Shown: positions 1 through 13,294 of the stretch, one piece after another | Position numbering within the stretch: position 1 is the first letter of the stretch | Layout of the letters: each line of letters opens with the position of its first letter | NCBI RefSeq assembly: GCF_018977255.1 | Contig: NW_024704742.1 | Location: forward strand, 87,484,001-87,548,000 | Length of the DNA stretch: 64,000 nt | From: Callorhinchus milii | Taxonomy: Eukaryota | Direction: 5' to 3' | Made by a program: the position numbers and the translations under genes | The notes under the pieces: model-generated | What the model was told of the DNA's origin: nothing | The model's database searches: none | The model's input: the letters and a program-made list of their open reading frames with translations, nothing else

Positions 1-213
1 TGCCTGCCTTTTTCGGTTAGATCAATGGTGGCCAACCTGTGACTCATGGGGCAGTCAAGAAGTGACCCCCCGCGTACATTTGGATGAGTTTAGGTAAGTC
101 CATGTTCAATTGTTGGTGGTGTTTTCAGTTTTGTCTTGATTGAATATTTTTTGATTTATGCTGACACCACCTGATTCTTTGAGCGCCCATACATAGTGGG
201 TACTGTGTAACCG

Positions 214-346
214 TTTTTTGGGTCAGCCAGGTATCTGACACGGCCAAAACCCATTACCATGCTTAAGAGTATCCAAACCAGTGTTCCACTTATGCCACCT
301 ATACATGGAAATTCCTGTGTCTGGAATGGAATGCGCATTCTCTCCG
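214..346 (-). mobile_element. Unclassified retroposon family X, 3' part with A tail
   Basis: Similar to 43608-43855 (gagtatccaaacc, atggaaatt). Its end matches the 7519-7712 end (cctggctgacc + A run). Confidence 0.7.
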
Positions 347-1877
347 ATACGCCTGCATACAGTGGCTCAAATATGGCCTTTTGTTTGGCATCACATTTGT
401 GTATAAAACATATTTTATATTGCCAGTATATTTTTTTGCAGCTGCAAGGTGCCAGTAATACTACTGCTCTTAACGACATTTCTTTTCTATTCCAGTGTTC
501 CAAATTACTAAATCTATTTGTCTGCCACATTCCTTCCCCACCCCCCCCTTTCCGATACACGCAAGTTTCTGAAAATTAGATGTAAACTTTACAGTCGTGC
601 AAAGTAGTCCTGTTTTCTCAGATCGATCAATGTCTTGTAAGATTGTCAGTACAAGTGTTTTAATGGAATGGTTGAGGCCAAGAGAACAACCTCGGTCCTG
701 TGTCAAAGTGAAAGATAATCCGCTTCATTCTAAGACTGTAAACCCAGAAGTAACTTAGTAAATAAGCAGGGTGGTTGGTCTGTCATGGTGTAATGTTAGT
801 AAATTCCAGGATTCTCAGTCGTATTCAGAAATGTGCCCCGGGCAAATTTTTGTATTTGTTCCAAAAATAACAACTTACTGAGGAAAGCACTCCTTACCAT
901 TAATGTCCTTGTGGGAGATGCATCCTCTTTTAGTCCTCTCTTCCTTCTGACCTCTGTGAATGGTAATTGAGCCCTTACACTGTCGCCCACATTATACTAA
1001 TTTCTGAAGTTTCTTAAGCCATATGTCCCAGCTGTAAGGTTTGACCAACTTCTGGATTTCAGTTTTCCAAATGAAAATCTTCCTCCCTACTGACTTTAAA
1101 TCATTAATCATTATCAAATTCCTCTCTCCCCTCTCCCCACCCCGCGCCCCACACACACATATCATTGAATGAATTTGAAATCTTTTTGTCGTACTTAATC
1201 TACCAACACTTGAGAAGCTGACTAGCAATATCTGAAATTAAACTTTCTTCCCACACTTAAGAACATCTCCACAATGGAAGCACCTATGTGTTGTGTTGCT
1301 TGTGTAAGTACAGTGACTATACAAAAGTACATGTGGAAGCATTAGTTTTAGCTCTCCATAAACTCCAATTTGTCCCGAACTTTGTCTTTCATATCTACTT
1401 TTTCACTAGACTGTGCAAGCAAATCCTTGCTAGATCCAACTCACTCCCTGGTTCACAATAGGCAATTTAATTTTCAAGATCCTGAGTCTGACTTTCATAT
1501 GTTCCATAACTTTGCCCTATTCTACTTCTGCTGTCTCCTCCAGGTCTATCCCATCACCCACTCCCTCCTTTGCACCTGATTGGGACTTCTGCATATTCCT
1601 CGCACCCTTCGCCCCACAATTGGCTTTCAGCAAATATTCCTGCTCTCCAGAACTCTTTCCCCAAATCCCTCTGACTTGTGTCCTAAAAACCTATCTATTT
1701 GAGTGCCATTTCTTCTCTCCGTTCCCTCCTCCCCCCATTTCCCCCCTTGCTTTTGGATTTCCAGAGTACCTCAATAAGTCCTTGAAGACTGTTATCTTTT
1801 GTGAAGGAGCTAGCGGGCGCGCGTGTGTGTATGTATATATATATATAAAGGCAAATTGTGTGGACATTCTAATCTGT

Positions 1878-1985
1878 ATTATAATAATAATACTCCCATT
1901 TGATATAGCGCTTTATCACGTCTGGAGACGTCTCAATTCGCTTCACAGAATATACTGTAAGTGAATTGACTGTATATTTTGTTTG
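1878..1985 (-). mobile_element. SINE 3' fragment (L2-type tail)
   Basis: (aat)n-catttgatatagcgc...cttcacagaatatactgt motif shared with full copies. Confidence 0.8.
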
Positions 1986-2745
1986 TAAATATGTTGTGTC
2001 TACCTATGGACATGTCCTCTCTAACCCGAGAAGTCGAAGTATCAAGGTGTATAACTGCTGGCTCCAAAATCCATTGAATCACTTGGGTTCTGGGATGTTG
2101 CTATTTTTCTGGGTGTTATGTAGGAGCTGATTGGTCTATGCATTTTAGGTAAATCTGTGCAGATTGTTAAAATAAGTTTTGGGTTTGATATAGTGCTTCA
2201 TCATCAGGAGAACAACAATAACTTGCCTTTATATATCGCCCTTCACATTGTGTAGAGTCCTGGAGCACTTCACAGGATTTACTGTAGCATAGTGTAGTGA
2301 CTGTATTTGTAGGCAAACACCTCATAAATTTTACAGTTGAAGGTTTGCTCATGGAATGTGGACTTCATTTATGCTACTATGGTTTTTACACAAAGTACAA
2401 AAGATGTCGAGAAATATCAAAAGGTCTGAATTTGCCCGTGTACTTCAGCTGAAGGTGGAATGTACACTTGATCCTAATTTTTAAATTCAAATCAATGTGG
2501 TCCATATTTAACCTAATGCAAAAAGCATAAGGTAGATGTGTTCTATGACACCATCGGAAGGAAAATAAATGCAGCTGCATCGACCAAATGGGAGTGTGAT
2601 TTTTTGCAGTTAATGAGTAGCTGCTGTGGCCACTTCCTTCATAATGTCATCTCTTTAGTTCAGCTAATATTAATGCCCATTGTGTGATTTCCTTCAGGAT
2701 AATGTTTCAAATTTTTTTTAAGTTCTCTTTCAGTTCATGTGCTAG

Positions 2746-3068
2746 CACCTCCCTACTTCTCCGACCTGGTTACCAACCCACGACCGGCTGACTCTGCTTG
2801 ACTGGCTCCAGACTCCTGCTTGTTCATAGAGTCCTCTGTTCCACCATTGGTGGCCGCGCTTTCAGCCACAACGCCCCGAAACTCTGGAACTCTCTCCCTC
2901 AATCCCTCCTCCTTTGCCCCTCCTTCCCCATCTTCAGGTCATGCCTGAAAACCTTTGACCGTGCCTATGGTCACCTCCCCACAGCTCAGCGTCGTGCTCC
3001 GCCACAGTCAAGCACTCTAGCATCCTATTCTGCTTTAAGGAGTGCTATATAAATGCAAGTTGTTGTTC
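2746..3068 (+). mobile_element. L2 LINE 3' fragment
   Basis: GGRAFSHNAPKLWNSLP C-terminal motif and ataaatgcaag(ttg)n tail. Confidence 0.85.
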
Positions 3069-3149
3069 TTCTCTCTTTCCCCCCCTCCTCACAAACTCTC
3101 CAATAGAATAGCACAGCAGCCAGTAAAAGACCTTGGAAAAACAAGTGGA

Positions 3150-4835
3150 AGTTGGTTCGATCTCTCTTCTCCATAACTCTCTCTCCTTGACTACCTTGCC
3201 CCCCTCACCTCCCGAACTGCCTCATATTCCTGTAAATCCCCCTGGTACACCAGCCATCTCCGATCTCTCAAGGCACAAGTATGCGCTGCTGAACGAACCT
3301 GGGCCAAATCAAACGATCCATCAGCAGATCTGGCTTGATCACACTAAGACTTATCGCTCCGCCCTCACCTCCGCCAAATCATCCTTTTACTCCAAGATAA
3401 TTTTGGAGGCCAAGAATAATACCAGGTTCCTCTTCTCCACCACTAACCAGCTCTCTATTCGCCTTGTCCATCCTCTCCTCCAACTCCAACAGCAAGGAGA
3501 TGTTGGAATTCCTCAAATCCAAAATCAAGGGGATTTATTCGGCTACCTCTCCCCTGTACACCACTACCCCCTCGTCACTTCCCCTCATGCCCCGGTCCCC
3601 ACCCATTTCTCCCTATACAGCTTTGACCTTGTCTCCCCCTCTCTCCTCACCGCCGTCAGCTCAAAAATGAAGCCCACCATCTCTCTCGAACCAATCACTC
3701 TCCTCACCTCCTAGCTCCACCTCCTGGCCTGTCTTTTAACCGATATTAGCAATCTCTCCTTATCCGCTGGCACTGATCCCACCCTCTAAAAACAGCTGTC
3801 ATCGCCCCTATCCTCAAAAAAAACCTTCCCTGGACTCATCCCTACTCTACACCTATCACCCCATCTCCAACCTCCCATTCCTCTCCAAGGCCCTGGAATG
3901 AGTCGTCGTGTCCCAGCTTTGCTCTTTCTTCTCCCACCATTCCCTCTCTGAACCCCTCCATTCGGGTTTCCGTGCTGCCCACAGCACTGAAACAGCCCTG
4001 GTCAAAGTCACTAACAACATTCTGAACATCTGCGACCAGGGAGCTCTCTGCCTCTTTGTCTTCCTTGACCGCTCTGCTGTCTTCGACACTGTCGACCGCT
4101 CTATTCTCCTCCACCACCTCTCCGCTCAGCTTAATCTTCTCGGATCTGCCCTTGCCTGGTTCAAATCCTACCTCTCCCACCATCGCCACTAACGGCTTCT
4201 CCTTCAGCCCACGCACCGTCACGTGCGGTGTTCCTCAGGATTCTGTCCTTGGCCCTCTCCTTTTCAGTGTTTATATGCTCTCTCTTGGAGACATCATCCG
4301 CAGACATGGGATCAACTTCCACATGTGTGCGGATGACACCCAAGTCTATCTCTCTGCCTCCACCCTCGACTCAAGGTCCACTGCTGTCCTCATAGACTCC
4401 ACTGGCTTCCCATCACACACAGGATACAGTTCAAGATTCTGTTCCTCACCTTCAAAGCCGACCATGGCCTCGCTTCCCCCTACCTCTGCAACCTACTAAC
4501 CCCCTACCATCCTGCTCCCTCTGCTCAGCTGGCTCCGGCCTGCTTCATGTCCCCCACCTCGCCCGCCCCACCATTGCCGGGTGGGCCTTCAGCCACTCTG
4601 CCCCCACCCTCTGGAAATCCATCCGCCTCGTCCCTCTCTTAGCTCCTTCAAGACTCGTCTCAAGACCCTACTCATTAACCGTGACTTCGGTCCCTCTCCC
4701 CAGCCCCCCCCCCCCCTCCCAATCGCCCTCCACCCTCCTCGATCCCATCTCTAGCTCAGATCCGAAACTCTTGACTGTCCAGCGCCTTGTGACATCCTCC
4801 CGACATGAAAAGGGCTATACAAATGTAGTGTTGTT
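3150..4835 (+). mobile_element. L2 LINE, 5'-truncated, frameshifted reverse transcriptase
   Basis: [42 protein letters not shown] and MCADDTQ motifs; L2 3' stem-loop and tail. Confidence 0.93.
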
Positions 4836-5991
4836 AATCTTGCCTTTCTGAATGGATTGTGTGCGATAATTTTTAATAAACATATTTTGCTTTGTCCTTT
4901 GGTGTCTGCAGGCCTGTTGGTGGGATTTCAAAGGCTGGAGCTTAAGTGTGATCTTTCTGCACTTTCTCATCTTGCAGCACCTGCCAGCTGTTTTCTGATT
5001 TCCACATGGCATCTGGAGAGTGATGTGGGAACTAAAGGCAAAATCAATAGCCTTATTTCTAATACTGGACACTGTAGTGGTGGCACACCCAGACAGGCTA
5101 CCAATTTGCTTTTTTGGGGGGAAAGAGTGATTTTTTTTTTGTTTTCTTGATCCATGCCATTTAAGGCCTTATCCTAGAGCAGCTATTTGAGACTTCACAA
5201 CGATATGATATTAAATGCAAGGATGATTATTATATCTTGACGATGTGATAAGGTGAGATATCAGATACAGGAATTATTTTTAAATGTAGTCCAGTCCCTA
5301 CACTTCACAGTGTATTACCATCACAGACTTGCTGGGATGAATGGCCTGTGTCTGTGTTGTAACATTCTACAATTCTAGGAGAGCCAGAGTCCTGCCCTTT
5401 CTACTCTTCTGATCTGCTCTGTTGACTAAGCTGTGCACACATTGAAGTCTGAGCAATTATGGTGAATTCTGTTTGACTTTACTTTAAAATCCGCCTCTTT
5501 CAACAGTGCAATATAGTTTCAGGTGGCAACAAATATGCTCATGTAGGTGATGATTAATGGCAACTGAATACAAAACTTGATGTGTGGAATGTCTGCTGTG
5601 CTTTCATAAACCAAAGTCAGTCGTGTTTTTTTACATTGATCATTTTATGAAATAATTAAATGCCAGGTGCACCATTCGTGCCCACTATTGATTCTCTGTT
5701 AGCTAGTTATTTAGCTTTCTGTTGTGTTTGATACATAAGTGATTGATAGTACAGCAGGAATCTCAAACTTTTCAGAATCTTGCGCACCCTTTTCCTGCAA
5801 ATAAAAAATAATGCAGGTATGGAAATGTGCCATTTGGTCCAACTCATCTCATACCCTTCTATTCCATGCTCCTTTTTGTCTGTCTATCTTCCTTTTAAAT
5901 GCATCTATACCAAGGGTCTCCATTCGGTTGATTTTGATTGACCAGTTGATCGCTGAGCCTTTGAAAGTCGATCTTGCAAGTTTTCCCACGT

Positions 5992-6122
5992 TAATAATAA
6001 TCCTTGCTTTTGATATCACCTTATCACATTTTGGAGACGTCTCAAAGCGCTTCACAGAATATACTGTAAAGTGAATTGACTGTATATTTTGTGGGTGAAA
6101 CACGGTAGACAATTGCGCACAT
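5992..6122 (-). mobile_element. SINE 3' fragment
   Basis: Same tail and body as full SINE copies. Confidence 0.85.
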
Positions 6123-6172
6123 CACATGCCCAAAGTGTGCCCATACATGAGAAGGTAAATTTGTGTGCCCAT

Positions 6173-6920
6173 TAGAATATACAGCACAGAAACAGGCCAT
6201 TCAGCTCAACTGGTCTATGTTGGTGTTTATACTCCACATGAGCCTCCTTCTGCCCTTCCTCAACTAAGCCTTCAAGCGTAACCTTCTATTCCTTTCTCCC
6301 TCATGTACCTATCTAGCTTCCCCTTGAATACATCTATGCTATTTGCCTCAACAAATCCTTGTGGTAGCATGTTCCACATTCCCCCTACTCTCTGTGTGAA
6401 GAAATTTCTTCTAACTTCCCTATTTGATCTATTTGTGACTATTTTATATTGATGGCCCCTGGTTTTGGTCTCCCCCACAAGTGGAAACATCTTCCCTATG
6501 TCTACCCTATCAAAATCTTTCATAATCCTGAAGATCTCTATCAGGTCACCCTTTACCCTCCTCTTTTGAAGAGAAAACAGTCCAAGCATGTTCAGCCTTT
6601 TCTGATGGGTATAACCTCTCAGTTCCGAGATCATCCTTGTGAATCTCCTTTGCACCCTCTCCAGTGCCTCTACATCTCTTCTATAATGTGGGGACCAAAA
6701 CTACCCACCGTATTCTAAGTGTGGTCTAACCGAGGTTCTATAGAAGTTTACCATAACTTCCCTGTTTTTCATTTCTATTCCTCTAGAAATGAACCCGAAT
6801 GCCAGGTTTGCCTTTTTTCTGGCCTTATTAACCTGCATTGCTACTTTTAGTGAATTGTGTATGTGTACTCCAAGATCCCTTTGGTTCTCTTCCCCATTTA
6901 GGTTTTTACTTTCCAGGATG
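6173..6920 (-). mobile_element. CR1 LINE 3' fragment
   Basis: QRDLGVHIHNSLK, FISRGIE, VRPHLEY, QRRFTRMI, TRGHQYK, FFTQRV motifs; aggccattcagc CR1 tail. Confidence 0.93.
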
Positions 6921-7434
6921 TATGTGAAGGCTTGTACACTCTTGTACAGCGTCATTTTGATGGTTTCCCTACAATCTTTCTGAGCACAATGAAGTTGCAG
7001 GTCCCCGTTGACATCCTTTAGATGCCAGCACATATATACTACATTTTATAACAAAAGTAAATTTGCATTGGAAAATTCTTGGCAGGCTTGAGATGGGGGT
7101 GAAGAGGGCCACGAGACTCGAGCCTTGAGCACCTAAGCCCATAAACCTGCCTGTGTTTTAATGTTCTGTTTAACCGATAAATTAATTTGAATAAGTGAAA
7201 ATAAATACAGTAGATGGCATACATGTGATTGTAGTTGAGCTTTAAGGCTGGACATGCGCACTCAAATGAAGTATGCAAGCGAGACTGGTTCTTGGAACAC
7301 AGTTTCTTTGCACTTTTGGAACCAGCCACAAAAACAAAACATAGCTTGGCTGAGGTTAGTATAGACTGCGTGCACGGTCGTCAAGATTTGGCGGATCAGG
7401 AGCAGCAATGTTGCAGAATTATGAGAAGGTAAAT

Positions 7435-8215
7435 TTGTTGCTGGCCTTTCTTACAAGAGGTCTTGAATATGGACGTAAGGAGGCACTTCTCCAGTTATGT
7501 AGAGGGCTGTTCAGACCTTAATACCCCAAAGCACACTCTGGGGTCCCCAAGCCTTGGCTCTTGCCAACCTGCGCCTAATACTTTCTGAGATGAGGTAAGC
7601 AGGATACGTCCTCCAGCCAGAGTGCATTCCATTTCTACAATCTATCTCTGGGTTATCCATGTGTAGGCGGGATGCGTGGATACTCTTAAGACACCTGGCT
7701 GACCAAAACAAATCAGACATCATTTAGAGTACTACTGTCCAGTTTTGGTTCATTAGGTTAACACCTGGGGTGAAGGGGAAGAGCTATTATGAGAGACCAG
7801 GTAGACTGTGGTTATATTCCTAAGAGCAGAGAAGGTTAAGGGGTGATTTGATGAGGTATTTAAAAATGATGAAAGGAACTGCCAAGTTAGATTATGGATG
7901 ATTCTTCTCTTTTGCAGAGGCATCTGATACAAGACGGGCACAAACTTAAATTCAGAGCCAAGACTGTTAGAACTGAGGCCAGCAAATATTTCTTCATGCA
8001 GAACATTGTGTGGATGTGGAATGCTTTGTCTAGAAAGCTTATAGAGGCGAAATCAATAGGGATCTTTAAAAAAGAGAAGACCGTATTAAGGGGATTTAAG
8101 GGATATGGTTAAAGAGCACGGCATTGAGATTACAAGATCTGTCAAGATCCAATGAACTGGTTATGCAGGCACAATGGGCTGAATGGCCTCCTCTGATTCC
8201 TATAATTTCCCATGT
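7435..8215 (+). mobile_element. CR1 LINE 3' fragment, interrupted by family X at 7519-7712
   Basis: Degenerate VRPHLEY region, GHKLKFR..YFFMQNIVWMWNAL, and gggctgaatggcct tail. Confidence 0.85.
7519..7712 (+). mobile_element. Unclassified retroposon family X with target-site duplication
   Basis: Flanked by TCAGACCT (7511-7518) and TCAGACAT (7713-7720), A-rich end. Homologous to 43608-43855 and 60779-60982. Confidence 0.8.
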
Positions 8216-10363
8216 ACCCCAACAAATCTTCATCCCCACAACATAAATAGGACAGGATGGTCCAACTTTTTGGCTGCTGAGGGCCGGGTGCCCTATTTGA
8301 CAATTGACTGCGGACCGCATAAGCAATATTTTTGTGTTTTCCTTGCACAAATGTAACAACATTAGCAGGATATGGAGGAAATGAGCCAGATGAAAAGGAG
8401 GGAGGGGGGACGGGCCGTTAGTTGCCATAGGGCATCATAGGATCATAGCTTCCAGGTTACCCATGTTCTTATGATTTCCTGTATATAAAAGTGTACATGT
8501 CCCCCCTTGTGCGTGTCCACTCAAATGTTTCAGTGTAAATTTAATTTTCTATAGAAATATAGGGATGGGGTATCTGAATATTTTGGGGGTTTTAAGCCAT
8601 GCATTATCATTTATTGGATTGAACAATTAATCCCAAATACAAAAGTTTAGCTGTGTCTAAATTAACACCCTTGTAGATTCGTATATGCTAAATATTATTT
8701 AGCAGGTTAGCAGCCACATTCTTTCCTTTTATTTCTCCATTCCTCCTGAGATTGATCCAGAAATACCTGTTTCCACTTCCCCATCCTTACAGAAGTGCAA
8801 CCACTTCATCCAAACATCACAAATTCAGGGACAATTTAGTGCTGCTTAGATACACCCGAACAAATCGAGTGTGACTAAATGAGTAAATTTCACTTCAAGT
8901 GTGCCTTTCAGGTAACTTAACAAGGTTGCAAATGGTCAATTAAAAAGAGATGCTGAATTTCAAAGATTTGTGCTAAATTGTTTTCTCATACTGTAACTGA
9001 ATCCAAGAAGTGTGTTTGTGTGTATATATTATACATATTGAAAACTTAGATAATCATTTAACTATTCATTAAATCTTCTGAAGTCAAAATTGGACAAGTT
9101 GCAAAAACAAAAGGACCAGTTTTTGATGCTGTGTATGTAGCAGATGGGTTCAGGAGGTTGAAAAGCATGGAATAGGAGAGCTTCTAAAGTGGACTGATAA
9201 ATTAAATGCAACAAAGGAGCTACAGGGTTGTGGAAGGAAACAAATCGTGGGATGTATCTACATTTTACATTGTTTTTAAATTACTTGGAAATGGGATAAT
9301 ACCAAAAAAAATTCTGGCTTCCCCCAGGCAAAACTGCAGCATTTTCACAATAAGATTGTTGTCCAAGGGGGAAGAAGTAAACTGGGATGTCCCATAAAAT
9401 CCCTTGCTGCAATGTAAATCTCAATATTTTCATGAATTTGCAACAGCACACTTTATTTGCGTGATGTTGTTGTGCATCAGAACAAACAACTGCAACGTTA
9501 GGCAGGATTTCCATACCATTTGTGTGCCAATGCAATGCAAGTGATGCCCAGGACTTGAAAGAGGCATGCTTTTCGCTCAAGATTGATGCCACCTGGGTAC
9601 CGCATAGGTGCAGAACTGTGCTGTTGGCAATAGATCACACAAGGAGTAGGTTTATTGAATTTAGTGGAAATTCCTTGAGCTCTCTTGCTGTGTAAACCTG
9701 TCCCTCAGAAATAGTTAACTATCACCTTTCATATTCTGTCAAGGTTGGTAACTGAATACCACAAGTACTGACCTTCTCGGTGTTTTTTTGCAGTGCAGAA
9801 CGAAAAGGCGCACAAAGGTGAGGCAAATAGATTTCTGCTGCACTAATGTTCTTGGTTGGTTCCATCAGCACACACCTGACCATTCGCCACAACTGAGAGT
9901 TTGTTCCAACTAGAGAGCAGTATCAGTTTCATGCAACAGTTGTGGTCCATAAAATCCCATCTCACCTTATAACAGGGAGCACTGGATGGTGCCAGTGATC
10001 AGCATTGTGATGTTACACGTGCACAGAAAAGCAGTCGGCCTTGCAGTGTACAATCTAACCTACTGTAAGCAGGTTAGTATGTGCGTTGATATGATCTGCA
10101 GCATGGGCAACCCAACCCCCATCTTATAAACGAGCCAATGCAATGCTAGTCAGCGCCTTTGTGGATTACCTATACTTAACTAGCTGCATAACTAGTTGCT
10201 AAAGTCTTTCCCCTTCGAGTGACAAGTTACCAGGAGTTTACTGTATTGAACCAAGCATGTTGTAGTCTGTTCTTATCTGCATTTAAAGAACTTGCCAATG
10301 TTTTCTACTTGCGCAGTAGTTTTAAATATCAAATTGTCATTTAGTTTTGATCTTTTAATAGTT

Positions 10364-12137
10364 AATACAACAACAACAAAATTATATTTGTATAGTGCCT
10401 TTCACATCAGGAGGACATTCAAAACTCTGCCGCCCGCATTCTTAGCCACACGAAACTCTGCTCCCCGATTACCCCAGTCCTTGCCAGACTGCACTGGCTG
10501 CCTATCCCAGAGAGAATCGATTTCAAGATCCTCACCCTTGTATTGAAGTCCCTGCACCTCTGCACCCCCCTACATCTCTGACCTCTCTCAAAACAGTACC
10601 GGTTGCCTTCGTTCCTCCGGATCTGGCTTCCTCCGAGTCCTCTGCTCCACCCTCGGCGGCAGTGCCTTCAGCCACTATGCCTCGAGGCTCTGGAACTCTC
10701 TTCCTCACTCCCTTCGCCTCGCTCCCTCCCTTCCTATTTTCAGGTCTCTGCTGAAGACCTTTCTTTTCGACCGCGCCTTTGGTCACCTTCCTCCCCCTCC
10801 CCCTGGCTCGGTCCCTGGATCCGTTTCTGTGAAGCGCTCTTAGACGCCGTCCGGCGTGGAGGGTACTATATAAATCCAAGTTGTTGTTGTTGACATCTTA
10901 AAGCGCTGGACAGTCAGAGTTTCAGACCCGAGGTGGGGGTTGGAATTGGGGAGGTGGAGGACAGGGGGAGAAAGCAGGGTGATCGAAAACACGGACGAAG
11001 AGGAGGGTCTTGAGATGGGTCTTGAAGGAGGCAAGGGAAGGGGCGAAGCGGAGGGACTGCGGGATGGAGTTCCAGAGGGTGGGGGCAGAGTGGCAGAAGG
11101 CCCGCCCACAGAGGGAGCGAGCAGGATGATAGGGGATTAGGAGGTCATAGAGGCAGGGTTGGGGGCAGACCATGGAGGGCTTTGAACGTGAGGACCAGGA
11201 TCTTGAGCTGTATCCTCTATGTAATGGGAAGCCAGTGGAGTCAGATGAGGATGGGGGTGATAAGATCACGGACCCTGGTGTGGGAAAGGACATGGGCTGC
11301 AGAGTTCTGGATGATCTGCAACCTATGGCGGAAGGAGTTGGGGAGGCCGACAAGCAAGGAGTTTGCACAGTTAAGTCTTGAGGTAATGAATACGTGTATG
11401 AGGGTTTTGGTGGCCTGTGATGTGAGACAGTGGTGGAGCCGGGCGACGTTGCAGAGGTGGGGGAAGGCAGAGCGTGTTATGGTACGTATGTGGGATAGAA
11501 AGGATAGTTGAGAGTCAAACAATACGCCAAGGTTCTGGACTGGCTTAGTAAGGTGGAGTGTGCATCCATGGATGGTGAAGCTGTCGGCACCTGAGGTGTG
11601 GAGGCGCTGACGGGAGCCAATCAGGAGAGCCTCGGTCTTGTTGACTTTCAACTGAAGAAAGTTGTCTTTCATCCAGGACTTGATGTCTGACAGACATTCT
11701 GTCAGGACAGCAGTGGTCGTGGGGTCAAGGGTGGAGACAGAGAGGTACAGCTGGGTGTCATCTGCATACATGTGCAAGTTGACCATATGTCTGCAGATGA
11801 TTTCGCCAAGAGGGAGCGTGTAGATATTGAAGAGGAGAGGAACAAGGACAGAGCCCTGAGGAAGGCCTCACAAGACGGTGAGGGGACTACAGGAGAAACT
11901 GTATGTGGAGATGAAGTGGAGGCAGCGTGAGAGGTATGATCTGAACCAGTCAAGGACAAAGCCGTGAAGGTTGAGAGGAGAGGCGGTGGATGAGGATGAG
12001 TGGTCAACTGTGTCGAAGGCAGCAGAGAGGTCAAGGAGGACGTGGAGGCAGAGGGAGCCCTGGTCGCAGATGGATAGAATGTCATTTGTCACTTTGACCG
12101 GGGCTGTTTCTGTGCTGAGGGCGGCACAGAAACCCTT
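10364..12137 (-). mobile_element. L2 LINE (RT fragment to tail), split by a nested L2
   Basis: [23 protein letters not shown] and [12 protein letters not shown] motifs. The tail at 10364-10418 continues at 10892. Confidence 0.93.
10419..10891 (+). mobile_element. L2 3' fragment nested in the tail of the minus-strand L2
   Basis: L2 C-terminal sequence, (ttg)n tail, GACAT duplication at 10414-10418 and 10892-10896. Confidence 0.9.
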
Positions 12138-12879
12138 TAATAAATCAAAAGCGGGCGTATTATTATTTGTCCCTTACTGATGAATTTTCATTGGGTCACG
12201 ACCTGTATTGAAATCGACAAGAAACAAATCCCAGCCTTTCAAACGTTTGTAAATATCCAGGTCCCTGACGCTATAAATCTCACTGTGTCAGCCAGGAAGA
12301 ATGTTCTCTTCTATTCAAGAGAATAACTGGGAGAGATTTTAAAAATCCATGACAACTGTATTTGAAGTCTTAAATCATGGTTGGAATTATCGTATGTGCT
12401 TCTATTAGATATTTTTAAGTTTTTTAAAACAAACCTTACATTTGATACAGCATCTTTCAGGAGGATGTCTCAAAGTGTTTGACAGAATGTACTGTAAAGT
12501 GTATTGACAGTATATTTTGTGGGCAGACTCTGAGTTTTCAATATCATTCGAAATGTATGTCAGGAATTGGTGGGTCTGATTACCTAGTGATCTGATATTG
12601 GTGGTCAGCTTCAGTTAATGTCTTTTTGAATAAATCTACAGACCTGGTACAAATGTGGAATATGGGTATGTCATTTCTTTTTTTCCTTTTAATAGGGGAT
12701 TGATTGTACTAGACATCAAGTTACTACATTGCTTGAAAAACTATGGGAATAGAGAGTTGGTTTGATTTTTTTTNAAAAAACTTCTTTTTATTCTGAATTG
12801 TTGCGTTTGCTTATCTGGGAGGGATTAACATTGTCACCTGAGCCAGAGGCTTGCATGAGTTTGAGCAACACATCATCAC

Positions 12880-13160
12880 TTGCGTTTAATGGGATGTTGA
12901 AATACAGTCCTTTTCTGATGGTTCAGTTGGGTATTAATGATTTTATGGCACTGCACTATTCAAAAGAAAAACACAATGTTCCCTTGTGCCCTGGTCAATA
13001 TTCCTTGGAACAAGTAAAACTCTGTTTTCAGCACCTCGGGACATCTTCCTGACGTGAAAGGCACTATACAAATTTAATTTTGTTGTTGGTGGTGGTTATT
13101 AATCTCAGTGCTGTGGTGTGTTGCTGCATTTACTAAATAACGGTCATTGCACTTTATAAT
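12880..13160 (+). mobile_element. Decayed Deu-domain SINE with an inserted L2 tail (~13030-13090)
   Basis: Weak match to the intact Deu-SINE at 19365-19788. Confidence 0.5.
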
Positions 13161-13294
13161 AACACTTTGTCAAACAGTGCAAAATATGTTAAAGTTCTGT
13201 TTCATTCTAGCATTCTATAATATTGCATTTCATATAGGATAACATCTATCTCAAAGTGCTTCATAGGTAATTGCTCTTAAGGGTATCGACTGTA

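Noticed and set aside
23..70. hAT-like terminal motifs here and at ~5752
   Set aside because: No partner TIR or 8-bp TSD found.
3133..12180. RT-like ORFs as an active retroelement or novel RT system
   Set aside because: Frameshifted, truncated L2/CR1 fossils with no intact ORF2 or accessory genes.
12774..12774. Single N between T and A runs
   Set aside because: Assembly ambiguity, not biology.
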